Source of the DNA: Raillietiella orientalis
Lineage: Eukaryota
Reading direction: 5' to 3'
DNA: 64,000 nucleotides
Assembly (NCBI GenBank): GCA_036172245.1
Contig: JAYWIR010000005.1
Span: 5,952,001 to 6,016,000 of the forward strand
Below the pieces are notes generated by a model that was not told the DNA's origin, searched no databases, and saw only the letters and a program-made list of their open reading frames with translations. The number at the start of each line of letters is the position of its first letter. The stretch's first letter is position 1. Both the position numbers and the translations under genes were made by a program. Below are positions 50,001-62,718 of this stretch, in pieces.

Positions 50001-53000
50001 CCACTGAAAGAGTCTCTTCGCTTGGGAGCGAGGAGTAGCGTCGTCAACGTCCACCAACCCGCCCGCTCGTCTTGCAGCCGCCTAGGAGTTTCTCGACTCC
50101 TTCCAGTTGGCAGGACAACTCCCACTCCTTCGGTCGGCTGCTGTCGTCGTTTGCCCTGGGGTCGGACAGTGCTGCGACAAGGGGTGTGACGCCTGTCCGG
50201 GACCATTGTGTCCATTCCTACAGGAGATCTCCCCGCGGTTTGCGTAAGAGATTCTGCAGAGGTGGCAGTTTCTGTGGGCGCACTTCCCAAGTGGCGAACC
50301 AGGACTTCAGAACCTGCTGCCTCCAGGAGTTCCAGTTTGGGGGCCGCAGGAGATTCACCGGTAGCTACCAGAAGTGCAGACAGATGTCTCAGGGGATTGG
50401 CAAATGCAGACCTTACACATGGGTTGCACGGCAGCAGCGAAAGTCCTGAGCATCGCCACATCCTCCGGTGCCTGAGCACGTCAGTAGCAGGTCCACGACT
50501 TCTAACCCATAAAGAGTCAAAAGTCGGAACTGCATCTGCAGCCCGATCTTGTGGATGGTTCGGGTGCTCCCAAGCTGGCATCTTGGGCGCGGAGCCACCA
50601 GGTCTCAGCAGGATCCGGGACAGCAACCGAAGCGGCGTCCCCCACAGCGATTATCCTTCCGCCGCCTAAGGCGAGACTAAGGCTTCTCTTTCGGAGAGGT
50701 ACGCCTGCTGGCTGGCCGCGGCAGTGGCGCTCGGGCACCTCTCCTGTGGGCCGTGGGTGCGTAGGAGCGTTCATCACAAGGAGGACGGCAATCAAGAGCG
50801 GAGCTGCTGCGTTGCGCTCCTGAGAGTGTCGCGAAAGGCGGAAGTGCTGCAGAGGGACTGCTGAAGCGCAGCAGGAAAGGCGAACGCGATGGACGAATAC
50901 GTGAGGGCGGGGCTGTGGGAAGCGTCAGCCAGGACGGTGCGTCGGAAGCCGACGAATTGCCGGAAAGTTGAAAACTGTAACGGTTGGGTTCGCAACGATT
51001 GTTGGTCCATCTGCATCTGCTCTTTTTCTGTGTGTACACGCATGTACACATGTGCAATGCACATAAACACACCTCGGTACTGAGTGTTTTGTGGATGATG
51101 TGGCCGGATAACGTGGGATGGAGATTTCAAATGTGGATTCACCTGATAGAATTGCTTTATTTATGTATTTTATTTAATTCAATTTTTTTTTTTTTTTGAG
51201 AATGGACAGCTTAAATTATCCCGATCTAGATTGTTGATTGGAGGATTAGGATCCACCGTTTGCCGGCTCATTTTCGGGAAATTCAAAACGCGTTTTCCTT
51301 TCGACTACAGCCGATAGGGAGGACTTCCTGAAACAGACAAGGCGTGGCAGGAAACGCACGAAGCAAACTGGGATGCCACGGTGCGGAATTTTCACATCTT
51401 TCACCGGTTGCCATGGGACGATGCTTGTGATGTTTGGATGTAACCACGATCTGAATTGGCGGATGTGAACTGACTTCGACCAGATGATCCACGTTGTCGG
51501 TCACACCACACGATAAGCAGTGGATGAACCCGAGACGAAGAAAAGACCTCGATGGATCTGGCGGCGTTTGAATACCATGGAGGAAGTTTACGTCGTGATG
51601 TCCACTGCTGACAGTCCGTTAAGAGCTTGGAAATCTAATACTGTCAAAATAAAAGGCCGAGTTTACGTGGCTTTTGCGTCAGAGTGGAATTGAACTGGAA
51701 GTTGAAATCCAATCTCGGACGTTGACGGGCCAAGTGAAGTTGCCGCTACTTGCAGGGTGATTTCTCTGCATGCGAGTGGTTTCTATACAGATTTTACATG
51801 CTGGCGAATTGTCGCTAGTTATGGATAGAGAAAGAGCAGAGATGGCGTGCTTCTCGAATACATTCTAGAGTTTCAAGGCAAAAGCGATTTTGGATAGGAA
51901 CGCACCTGAAGGCGTGTTTCAGGGTGCACTTGAACAAAGTTGTTACTTGGGTTGATGGTAGCGAATCCAGCAAGACTTCCTCCAGCCTTTCCTTTGCAGG
52001 TGTGCCGAAGGAAAAACTTGTTTTCTCAAACATTCCTGCAACCATACCAGTCCAAGTCTAGCCAGAGTGGTCCTTCCTTTTGGAACGAGCAGCTCCGCCC
52101 CAACAAAGAGAAGCCACCGCCCTTCTTTCAAGAACTGCAGTTCTCCCTGCCATAACAAGATAGCAGGGATCCTTCCATTATGTGGATGAATGGCTTGGAG
52201 AGACGATAGAATAATCACTCCCTGATGGCTGTCGATGTAGCCTGCCGTCTCCATGCCGTTACTGCAAATACGAAAAGCCATCAAGGAGCAAAATCCTTCA
52301 GCATGACTGTTCTTGTGGGTCCGAGTTTTTGAAGCACCACTGGAATGAACTCCGGAGAAGAAAGCTGTACATCAAACACTTTGGGCTCCATCCAGATCTG
52401 CTTTGTAAAATTGCCGAGATCAAAATCAAGTGCACTTCCAAGAGCACTCGCGCCTGCGGCCTTGTTCCTTTGATGACCATCGCATGGAAACGCGCACACG
52501 TGAGCGGAGGAACCAAGCAGAGCAAACGATTTGACGGTCAGTACTTGAGGAATGGCTCTTTTCGCTGGGAACTTTTCGCTCCGATATTTATCTTATCGTG
52601 AGTTGTCAATCAGACCCTGGATTAAAGTTGTTCTTTATAAATGATTTCGTGGGAATCCTTCCCGAGGTACGCTATTTCTTCCATCAGGGAGAATTAGGAT
52701 AGGGGCAACAGGAGGGGAGTGAGATGATTTTGGTTCTCCGGAAAACTTCCAGCACGATGCAAAGAAATCGTTCGATGAAAGCAGAGCGAGATGGTTGTCA
52801 GCATCCAGTAGCAGCTGGCCTTGCCATCCACAGAAAGGGTGAAAGCACTGTGAAGGCAGAGTCCCTACAGGCAACGTCACGAACGGAGAAGTGAATTCTT
52901 TTCGAACAACCAGAGCTTTCTGCGTGAGACGGAAGCAACACGTTGTCAGAAAATGCTGGGCCGTTTTAGCAGTAAGAATGAAAACGACAAATCATCTGAT

Positions 53001-56000
53001 GGAAGGCTGGATGCTATGTCGTTGCCGGTGCACTCATTTTGAGGCGCCCCACGGAGGAGAGCTGCATTTTGGATGAGCAGAGGCGCTTCCTGACAGATGC
53101 GGCTTCTGCTCATTCTGAGAGCCTCCTCCTGACAGATCACAGAAGCAAAGCGAAGCGGACTCGAAGAATGTGGTGCTGCTTCCCTTGTGGGGGAGAATCG
53201 ATAGATGCAAACTGAATATCTTAACGATTCGAGCGGCGACTTCGAGTGCGGCCAACGCATAGGGAAGGAGTGATGAAGGGTGTCTAGGATAGCCTCTTGC
53301 CGGGGTCAGAATGTAAGAAACAGCAGCAGGGAAGCAAGAAACTTCACATTCGTAATAGAAGACCCACTTCGACCATCGTTTCTGAGGGTATTTGGATCTG
53401 CAGGTAGCCGTGAACCGCAGACGTCTGGAAGCAGAATTCCTTGAAGAGGTTGCAGCGTTGGCTGCGAAGGTCATCAACGTAGCTTGATTTGCGACAAGAT
53501 GCATCGAAAAAGAAGAGAAAGTGGACCTACCGGAAAAGAGCATCTCTTTATTGGGTGCAACCGGGAAAGCAAGTGGTCTGCTCCCTGGCGGTTGCGAACG
53601 CAGCTCCCCTGCTTCGGACGCAGCGGACGATTTCGTGCCTTCGGCAGGCTTGAAGCACGTTGCGAGCTCCGCAAGTCCACAAGGAGCTGCACTTTCGGAG
53701 CTCCTGTGCCAGGATTCGTTTTCGTCTCGTTCTTGACATTTTCTGTGTCCGCTCCTATCTTTTTATTTCTGTTACTGCTCGCGGTCTCGGGTCTTTCAAT
53801 GGCTTTCCTTTTTTGCTGGCATTCTCACTCTCAGAGAACTTCTCCCTTGACGAATATCAACAGTTCTCTTTTCTGAATCATCTTTCCGTTCTCAAATTTT
53901 GCTTTCAGTTTCTCGGTCTCTCTTTTTTTGATCCTGGACCGTTCGGTCCATTCCGTTCTCTACCCTGGTTCAGATCTCCATAGGGCACTTTGATCGCAGG
54001 GGATGGTTCGAGAATGTACTTTCCCTTCTTCTGACATTCTAAATCTGCGAAGTCCTCCTCCCTGACCTACCCTTAAACCTCGAGGGTTGACTTTTCTGGG
54101 AGGGAGCGGGAAGAGAGGGGGTAAAGCGGCAGTTTTTCCGAGCAGATGCAAGAATGCTTCTAGGAAGCAGGAGGAGCGAATCGACACAGTAGCAAGTAGT
54201 TCCTCCGCCTCCAAGGCAGAGAGAAACCGCGGCAGGTGCGAGGTGTGTGCAGCCACAGCCAGCCAGGCTCCTGCGCATCGCTTGCTGCAGCATCTTCGCA
54301 GGACGTTCTGACCCTTCCCACCTGCCAACAGGGTTCCTCCTACAGGCATACGAATCACCTCACGCTAAGTGGCTTTCCCCTCTGCATGAAAAAGTTTGGC
54401 ATAGTGTGGGCCAGACGGAGGGCTAGGGAAGCGTTCCTCGTCGTGGCACCCAAAAGGGCATTCTCATCGATACAAGGATCTGCACGTCCCTGCATCGATT
54501 CCTTACAGAGTTTTCCCCACGTTCCGACTTCCAACTCGTCTCCAAATTTCGAAGCCATAGTGTCCTTCTGTAGGCACTCCGAATCGCAACCAGCTGGCAG
54601 CCCATCCGATTTACATCGCCCCTCCATTGCACCTACGCTCACAACTGATTCGGGTAGTGCTGCAGTCAAATCTTCCGGTTAAGAAACGACATGCGTCGCT
54701 AGCCTCCGGCGTGATTGCTCAACTTGGTTCGGTCACCCATCTCTGACGCTTGTCCGTTATGCACACCGAAATCCTCCGGTGGACCGATCGATCGCAAAAA
54801 AATGACTGCCAACACAGAAATAAAGCAGCGTCCTTCTAGAGAGACACCCTTTCTCTTGGAAGACGACCCTTCCTCCCATCCAAACGTGGTCGTGTGAGAG
54901 GACGCGCTTTCCGGTTTTCAGAGAATGCCTTTGCAGCGTCAGGCTCGATTCACTTTTTACAGAGCAGTTGCATTTCCGTTAGTCTCCAAATCCGAAAATT
55001 CCCATCTATGCGTCCGGGATATCTTTGTGGCTTATAGACATCTGGAAGGTAATCTTTCAGGTGCTCTTCGGCCTCAATGTGCACTTCTAAAATCAACTTT
55101 CTTCCTGTAGATTGTTTTTCTGAGACTCTGCTGCCCAAATGATTTTTATCCTGTCTGCCTGGAAAGGAACTAAATCTCGTCTTTCAGCTTCATGCTTTCC
55201 TCTGTGCGGGATGGAACCGCAGGTCCGCACACGCAAGCAATGCTGCGACTTGTTTCCCAGAATATACATGAAGGATCTCCTGGATAAGATGCAGCACTGA
55301 CTGATGAAATCAAAAACTGAGTAGCCGTTTCAATCCTTACCCAGGGTTGGTTCTTTCAAGTCCGAGGAAGGTGAGCACACTGAATTCCTGGGTCTCTGCG
55401 ATGTTTGTTCCTCAGGAACGCCGCTCGGGAGGTTGGATTGAGTTGAGGAGTCCCAGGAAGTTGACTGCTGCAAGAAACGGATGCTGGATGGCATTCACTG
55501 AATTACGTGATCATATTCCTTATGAACAGGGATCTGTGGAAAGAGGAAATGCTGTGTCAAAGATCATAGACCTGTCGAAGAAATCTTGGACAGAAAACAA
55601 AGACAGAAAGAATAAAAGCTTTCATTTTCAGAGTTTCATGTTTGCGGAAGATTTTGGGTTGATGGTGAACGGATAGAATAAATCCTCAGAACGATGCCTC
55701 CGGAGACGTGGAAACCAAATTACCAGGTCCAGAGGAATGAAACCGTGTCTCCTTTGCCTGGCTGGGAAGGGAAAGCGAGTTCAAAAAGCCCAGTTCTGTA
55801 CCCTTAACGACTTCGACAGATGCACATTTGTCGGAATACGTCAGATCATGGAGCCCATGAGAGTCCATGGGCATCCGCTCTTACCTAAGTATTGACATAG
55901 GAGGAGAATCGGAAAGACGGCAGGATTAAGAAGGGCAGTGCGATGAACAAAAAACGGAGAGAAATTTTGCAACATCTGAAAGAAACACTTTCTGTTATTC

Positions 56001-59000
56001 GAAGTAAGCATCCATTAGCCCAAGACAAGGGCGTTGATCGAGCAAAGACCGTCGATGGTAGTCAAAGTGACCACAAGAAGTCTCCAAAGTTGATCAGAAT
56101 AAACGCACTACGGCAGAGTGTAATACGGAACATTACAGACCACCATTCGGGAAATAATAACAGATTCGAAAAAAGAAAAAACGAAAGCCTCTTGGAGAGA
56201 GCAATTCTTATTCCTACGCATCAACAATCCTTGGCGCGTTGAATGAAGTCATTCAATGATTTTGGTGGTTATTCATCGGTCCTTCAAAAGAACTGATCAA
56301 AGTATCGCAAGACGGAATGCGTTCAAGAAATATCAGAAACCGGAGCTTTCCTTTGAAAAGAAGCATCAGGATTGGTAGCAGCACTCAGGCAAAGTCTACC
56401 AAACGTGAACTTCTGAACTTTACACAAGCAAGACGAACGAAGGAATAAACGTTTAATTCGAACAGCTGCCCAGCTCTTCGGGATTTCGAGAATGTGACCC
56501 TACGAACTCGGTGCTTTTCCCAGTTGACTAGGCAAACAACTTGGGTTTGGAACAGTAGTTTTCCTTCAAAAGAAGCAACAGGATGGAAGGTAAAAGCGAG
56601 GCCTCTCTTAGCAGGTGTTTCTGATGTGAAAATCCTCCAAATGGCCTGCATCCATAAAACATAACCAACGAGTTTTGTGCTGAGGAGTACACCACTCAAG
56701 GAACCCAAAAAATTCCTTTGCATCTAAACATTGGGTGCATTAGCTCTTCTTCCAGCAATGAGGGAGGAGCTGCCTTCCAGCACAGTGAGCAAGTTCTTTA
56801 CGTTTTACCTGGGGTCCACAATTCCTTGTGACAACCTGGATAAACCTGACGTTATTGGGAAATCTTTAAGGCTTGCTGAACGCATGCCTCAAAGAAGTTT
56901 TGTGAATACCGCCTGTTTCTATACTGAAACACGTTTTGAACACTTTTTTTGTTTCGGTCGAGAACGCTCCCGCAATTATGAAATTAACAAGGAACTATAA
57001 ATGGGGAACGTGCATCAACCGTTCGGCCACGGGTCTCAATCTTGAAAACCATTCACGCAACGCCCACACAAGTTCTTTTGCAATCTTTTTCGGAGGTTCC
57101 AAGAATGGAGTGAATTACTTCTTGGATCTTTAATGATGTTACACATACACGCAATGCGTCCCTTCTGATCCCGATTCCTTCACACACAGGATGCTTCTCG
57201 GAGTCACACCGGCTTCCATGCATGCAGTCAACCCAAAGCCATTCTCACTTGTCTATGATCTATGCATGCCTTTGGTCCTTTCCGTGGTGTTTGTTCGACC
57301 AACCTACGAACGGGGGAAAAGTCTGCGGGGGGGGGGGAATAAAAAAACAATACCGAACGAACAAAATTCCGAAGGGAACAGTTTTTCATGCCGCTCCTCC
57401 GTAGGCAACCTCGTATGGCTTCCTTTGATTTTCCTTCAGCCTCCACCGAAACTCTTTCACTCCACGGAGAGTTGTCATGTCCTCTCCCTTTCTACCGAGT
57501 ACCTACTTCGGCATTCGAAAGCCCTCCGGATAACTGCATTCGCAGTCGAAAGTGTTACATCGCCGTCATGATCATTAGTTATACTTCGTTTTCGCTGTTC
57601 ATGATCACGATCCTTATCCCTGTTGCACAAGCTGGTATCACGGTGCTTTGAAAAATTAATTCACCAGCTCGGTCACTCAATCCTTTTTAATTGCACTACA
57701 GTTATCTTGCAGATGTCGAAGATGCCTGCGAAAATTTCGCATAACATTAATCGAATTGAAGAAGAAAAAAAAACAGGAGTCAAGAGATCCGTGCCACAAC
57801 AAAGAGAAAGCCTGCGAGGTTGGTTTTTATCAGGTAAATGATCGACAAAGCTGTACAGTACATGTACTGTACAGTTTTTTGTCCAAAAAAATAGCATCCA
57901 TCCGTGTGAGAAACAAGTAAATAATGACCTCCTTCGCTCATAATTAACAACCCTCATAGGTATGTGATACCTTCAATATGGACACCATGCACAAGACAAC
58001 TGAGGCAGGGAGATGTAGTGATTCAGTTCGGTTGTGTTCGGAAGATGCGGTGTGCAAATTAAAGCCCTGAGGTGTATTTCTGTGGAACATCTTGAGAACC
58101 GGTTAAGTCGAGAACCCCAAAAAAAATGGAATTCATGCCTTTATCGGAGTGCGGTTTGTTGCAACGACCAGGTGGAAAAGGCAGCCACATGTGTAACCTG
58201 CCAACCTAAGGAGTCCATCCTCAAACCACAGTTAGAACAATGAAAAGCAACAGGTTTCCGGACAACCACGTTTCCGCGGTTACACGGACTTACCGGACCG
58301 AATTCAGCGCACAGAATCTTAAGTGGACTTTTGGCACCAACGCACTTGTGCACCCGAGTTCTTCCTTACACTCACCTGCACGGATAACCTGATCTAATGG
58401 CATACCAGCCACTTGATGAGCGACTACATTTCCTACGGAGGCTGGAAAGTTGCTGCGAGTCCGAAATAATGCCTTTTAAATTTTCCTTCTGCAGCTAACA
58501 ACCAACAGAAAGGGTCTCTTCACTCAGGTATAATGCAGTGTTAGTCACCATTGATGGACACTGCTGCAAAACACCAAACGAATCAACAAAAAGAAAAGCC
58601 ATTTGTTCCGGCTACGTGAAATGGAGGGGCTGCTCGAAACTCTGAGCACGAAAGATCGGTCCATCTCCTAATTCAAAGCCAATGATGTAATCCATCACTT
58701 GCTAAACATTCGGATGAATAACTGCCCTCATGCGGTTAGCAAACACTTATTCAAACAGCTGATCAATAAATGCATTGCCAATGCAAAAATCGGGCAACAC
58801 CCGAAACGGAGTGAAAAGTTTAACTCTCGGCTTTAACCATGCAGACATAGGGATAACCCGAAAATTATTTCGTGGACGAAAACAATCTGCCTCTTCTGCC
58901 TTTTTCATTACAAAAGGCTTTTGGAATATACCCCCACACTTCCACCGGACTCTAACTGTGAATGAATTACATACGGGGGGGAGGGGGTATATTTCAAACC

Positions 59001-59674
59001 ATCGACACTTTCCACCGTACATTTTTTTAAAAGGGCTTCTTGACCGCATCCAAAATTACAGTTCGGTAGCACGGAATGCTTGTTTTCATCAGCATGATAA
59101 TCCGACAGAATATGAATCGTACTACATGTGGGTTACATGTGGCTAAGAAACTTGACATTATTGAATTACCTAAAACTCCATCCTAACATATCCTAAATAC
59201 AGTCAAGGATATGCAGATGATACCATCGGAATGCAAATAACAATCAACAAATTCACCAACAGATTTGGATGGATTGAATGACTGAATGCATCAATGGATT
59301 GAATCAGTCAACAAATCAATATGCAACACACCACAAACAAGAGGGAAAAACTTGACAATAAAATGAAACCTAACATGCACTGGACTGTATGGTTTCAAAT
59401 TTGAAAGAATAGATTACAATTTGAAAATGATCTATTTTTCTTAAACTTGACATAATGCAAATTGAAATCCAGTAACAAAAACAATTTAACTAGATACATG
59501 TTTCTGTATCCTTATCACTGATCTCAGCAGTTCACCATCCTAAGAAACCTGAATATGCTGCAGCAATCTATGTTAAAAAATAGAGCAAACAAGGTTATAA
59601 AAATTTTGTAGACGTTAGAATTACCAACTGTTTTGCTTCATACCGCCTTTTATGAAAATTCTGCTCTTGTGGTT

Positions 59675-60922
59675 TTACCATCGAATTGAATCTTGATACT
59701 GTTGAACTAAACTGAGTCGCTTGATGCTTTCATATCCAAAAATAATGAAAGTACTATACACAAAAGACTGTAGTAAGCGAGCAGAAAGGCCCTTCCAAAA
59801 TAAAGCTACAGATTCTTCCTCCCATAAACCATTAACTGTCTTAGCAAATGATTTATGCTGCCATACCTGATCAACATGATGGTAGAACTAAGTTATACTT
59901 TACTCACCTGCAAGTGAACACGAACCACATCTAAAGGATTTGTTATCATTGTGGTTGTCATGCCTCCCAATTGGGCAGACATGCACTGGATCAGTAAATG
60001 AGACATCCACACAGGACTATAAGATAATAGCTGTTCTGCAAGGGACAATATAAAATTCAACTAGAACACTAATACAACACAAGTACATAAAAGAGACAAA
60101 TCAACGCAGAAAACAAAACACCATGAGAATCTGCATTATAATGTATACAGTGATGTTTAGAGAATATTTAATCATTGAAATGCAATACAAAGAATTATGA
60201 GAACATATTTAATAATAAGAGTTACAGAGGTATCACTTATTAGATGCACTTAGGAGAAACCTGTTTTCCTCACCTTGATAGAACTGATACAGAGACCACC
60301 ATAAAGCACTATTTGGTACATATACACAAAGAGATGCACAATAACCCCTATAAAAACCTTTCATTCCATCTTTCTTATAAATTTCTGAACAAATTCTTAA
60401 AGTTAATGGCAACTTTGAAGTTCGCTGGTTTTGTAAATGCAAAAATACATATTGACTACACATGGTTTTGCACTTAATATTTGTATTTATCACCATAAGA
60501 TGTTGAGATACAATATCGAAAGGAACAATCATAGTTTGTCCAATAAGTGATGCACAACCTCCAGCAATCAATGCTTTAAGCTTGTTATTTTGAATCTCCC
60601 AGTTTTGGAGTAATTTCCTAACATTTTCATATGCAGTTATGTAGAAAATACCAGATACAATTTGGGCACTATTGATCCAGAATCCTTTATAAAAGCCCCA
60701 AATCCCTTGATTTCGAAAAATTTTCTTGAATGCATCATAAGTTCCATTATATAACTCATTGCTTCTTTGGACCTGTAGATGTGTTTTTACAACAGTTAAT
60801 GGATAAAGAGTGCATCTAATGGAAAAATAACTTAAAAACATTAAACGATAAAATTTAGTCTTATCCATCATATCCCACTCAATTGTTGTAATAAAAGCAT
60901 TATCTGATGTAATGCTCGTCAT
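59675..60922 (-). CDS. SLC25A44: Mitochondrial carrier, solute carrier family 25 member 44-like
   Basis: Three exons (60922-60274, 60035-59908, 59866-59675) with GT-AG introns. The N-terminal TIEWDMMDKTKFY, three carrier repeats (YPLTVVKTHLQ, VPFDIVSQHLM, NPLDVVRVHLQ), GFYKGF/GFYRGY/FWKGL motifs and the C-terminal YESIKRLSL..W-stop are typical of SLC25A44. Confidence 0.93.
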
Positions 60923-61820
60923 GGCTTTGATTTGCTTTTGGTTTCAAGCCTTTAATGGCACTCAAGTTGCATAAAATACAGTTTATCAAGCTTTCTTACT
61001 TTTCTATCGAAAATATGGCAAACACACTTCAAGCACATCTTAGTCACGAATGATCATCGTAAGCACAACAAAATTCTGGTTAAATTCATTTGCTGAAATC
61101 AAAGAAAATCGTAGTTTTACTTTTTTTTTTTGCAACACTGGTACAATTACACTGTAATCACAGTGCCAATAATTCGATTGCTACCGAACAGTAGGAGATG
61201 AGAACCACCTCGCATTTCATTTGAAATACTGTACCCCCAACATCCAGGGGATCCAGTAAAACGAACTATGGGCACAGAAAGCATACGAAAATTATGCACA
61301 AAGTTACAAAAACGTATCAGTGTAATGAATTTTTCTTTTACCTTATTACTAAACTTATGGGGTAGTCCGAAACGACTATTAGACTTTCGGTGGTTCAAAC
61401 ACCATGTATCACACATCGATAGCAATCGCCACTTTTCTACCACTCTACGGCAGTCACTGGAACTCTTGTCCGTGACGATGAAAGTACCACAGCGAATTGT
61501 TGTACGTACAATACGCTGAGGAACTTAAGCACATATACAAACTGAACCATCACTGATGTGGTGGTCCAGGGAATCAGTTGAGTAAAACTGCAGGTTAGCG
61601 CCCCGGCAACAACGAACATGTTCCTCCTCAACATCATATTTGAAATACATATTTCCCAGAAGCTATTAAAATACAACTTTGTCACCAGTGATTGTATTCA
61701 AAAACGAAACCACCCGAAACGAATGCTGCTTTCAAAACACCAAAAGATAAAAATTCGGGAACAGCAGCTAACATCTAAAGATCCTATCGTTTTCTTTGCT
61801 ATGGACGTGCACGAAAATGT

Positions 61821-61975
61821 AACAATCAAAATAATTTTGAAAGAAATGAGAAAAATGAGACATGCGTTGGCTAGCCTGCACGACGAATCGTCACGTAGAC
61901 CAGGAAGACGGGCAAATTTTCTCATTCAGGTGGGCAGCACGGTTCTTTCTCAACAGATTTATGCATCAAAGATTT
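61821..61975. repeat. 155-bp direct repeat, copy 1
   Basis: Near-identical to 62564-62718 (ATCAAAATAATTTTGAAAGAAATGAG...CAACAGATTTATG), with roughly ten mismatches. Confidence 0.92.
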
Positions 61976-62563
61976 ATGCTTTCACTACCCGGGCACTTAC
62001 ACGAAGAAAAAAAATCGAATTTTTAAGTTTCGTTGAAATGACACGTAGCATTTCCAGCTAAGGTGCATTGAATCAGGGCGCTTATTTTGAACAGAAAAAT
62101 GATGCTCAAAAGCCTATACTTTTATCTTTGTTCTCAGTTCCCATTTGCAATTTCTACATAAACTCTCTCTGGACTCACAAACTCATTTAGGTAATTTTAA
62201 TGATGTCCCAGGAATACAAAGATCTTGATAAAACGTGAAACTGGTGAATTTTAAATATCCATAATCATCTCAAGCGGATGACTACTTTTGCTATATCATT
62301 GCTCATGTATGCTTTTACGAATATTCAGAATAAGTGATTGCAAATCTCTCGTATTATTAAAGTCCACGAATAGATGGTCATGTGTCTACAATAGATTCTT
62401 AGCACGGTAACAGTGAGTAGAACACAGAGGACAACGAGCATTCACATCAGTAAACATCAGTTGGTTATAAATCATCGAGCATGAAAACGTTTAACATTCA
62501 GTGAACTGACAAATTGTTTTGATGCATATCCAGTTTGTACCCACAGATGCATATGTTTACATC

Positions 62564-62718
62564 AACGATCAAAATAATTTTGAAAGAAATGAGAAAAATG
62601 AGGCATGCGTTGGCTAGCCTGCACGACGAATCGTCACGTAGACCAGGAAGACGAGCAAATTTTCGCATTCAGGTGGGTAGCACGGTTTCTTCGCAACAGA
62701 TTTATGAATCAACGATTT
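62564..62718. repeat. 155-bp direct repeat, copy 2
   Basis: Near-identical to 61821-61975. Confidence 0.92.

Noticed and set aside
6000..50600. Hundreds of overlapping long ORFs (e.g. 6807-8303, 15408-16682, 17635-18729, 23851-25050)
   Set aside because: They are Pro/Arg/Gly/Ser-rich, open in several frames on both strands and show no domains. This is expected from stop-codon scarcity in very GC-rich DNA.
51200..59000. Short ORFs of moderate GC as a decayed transposon or gene
   Set aside because: No RT, integrase, transposase or other domain motifs were recognised, and no consistent exon chain could be built.
61158..61515. Possible two-exon minus-strand ORF upstream of SLC25A44
   Set aside because: The splice signals are plausible, but the peptide is unrecognisable and has no clear start. 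It may be 5' UTR or chance.
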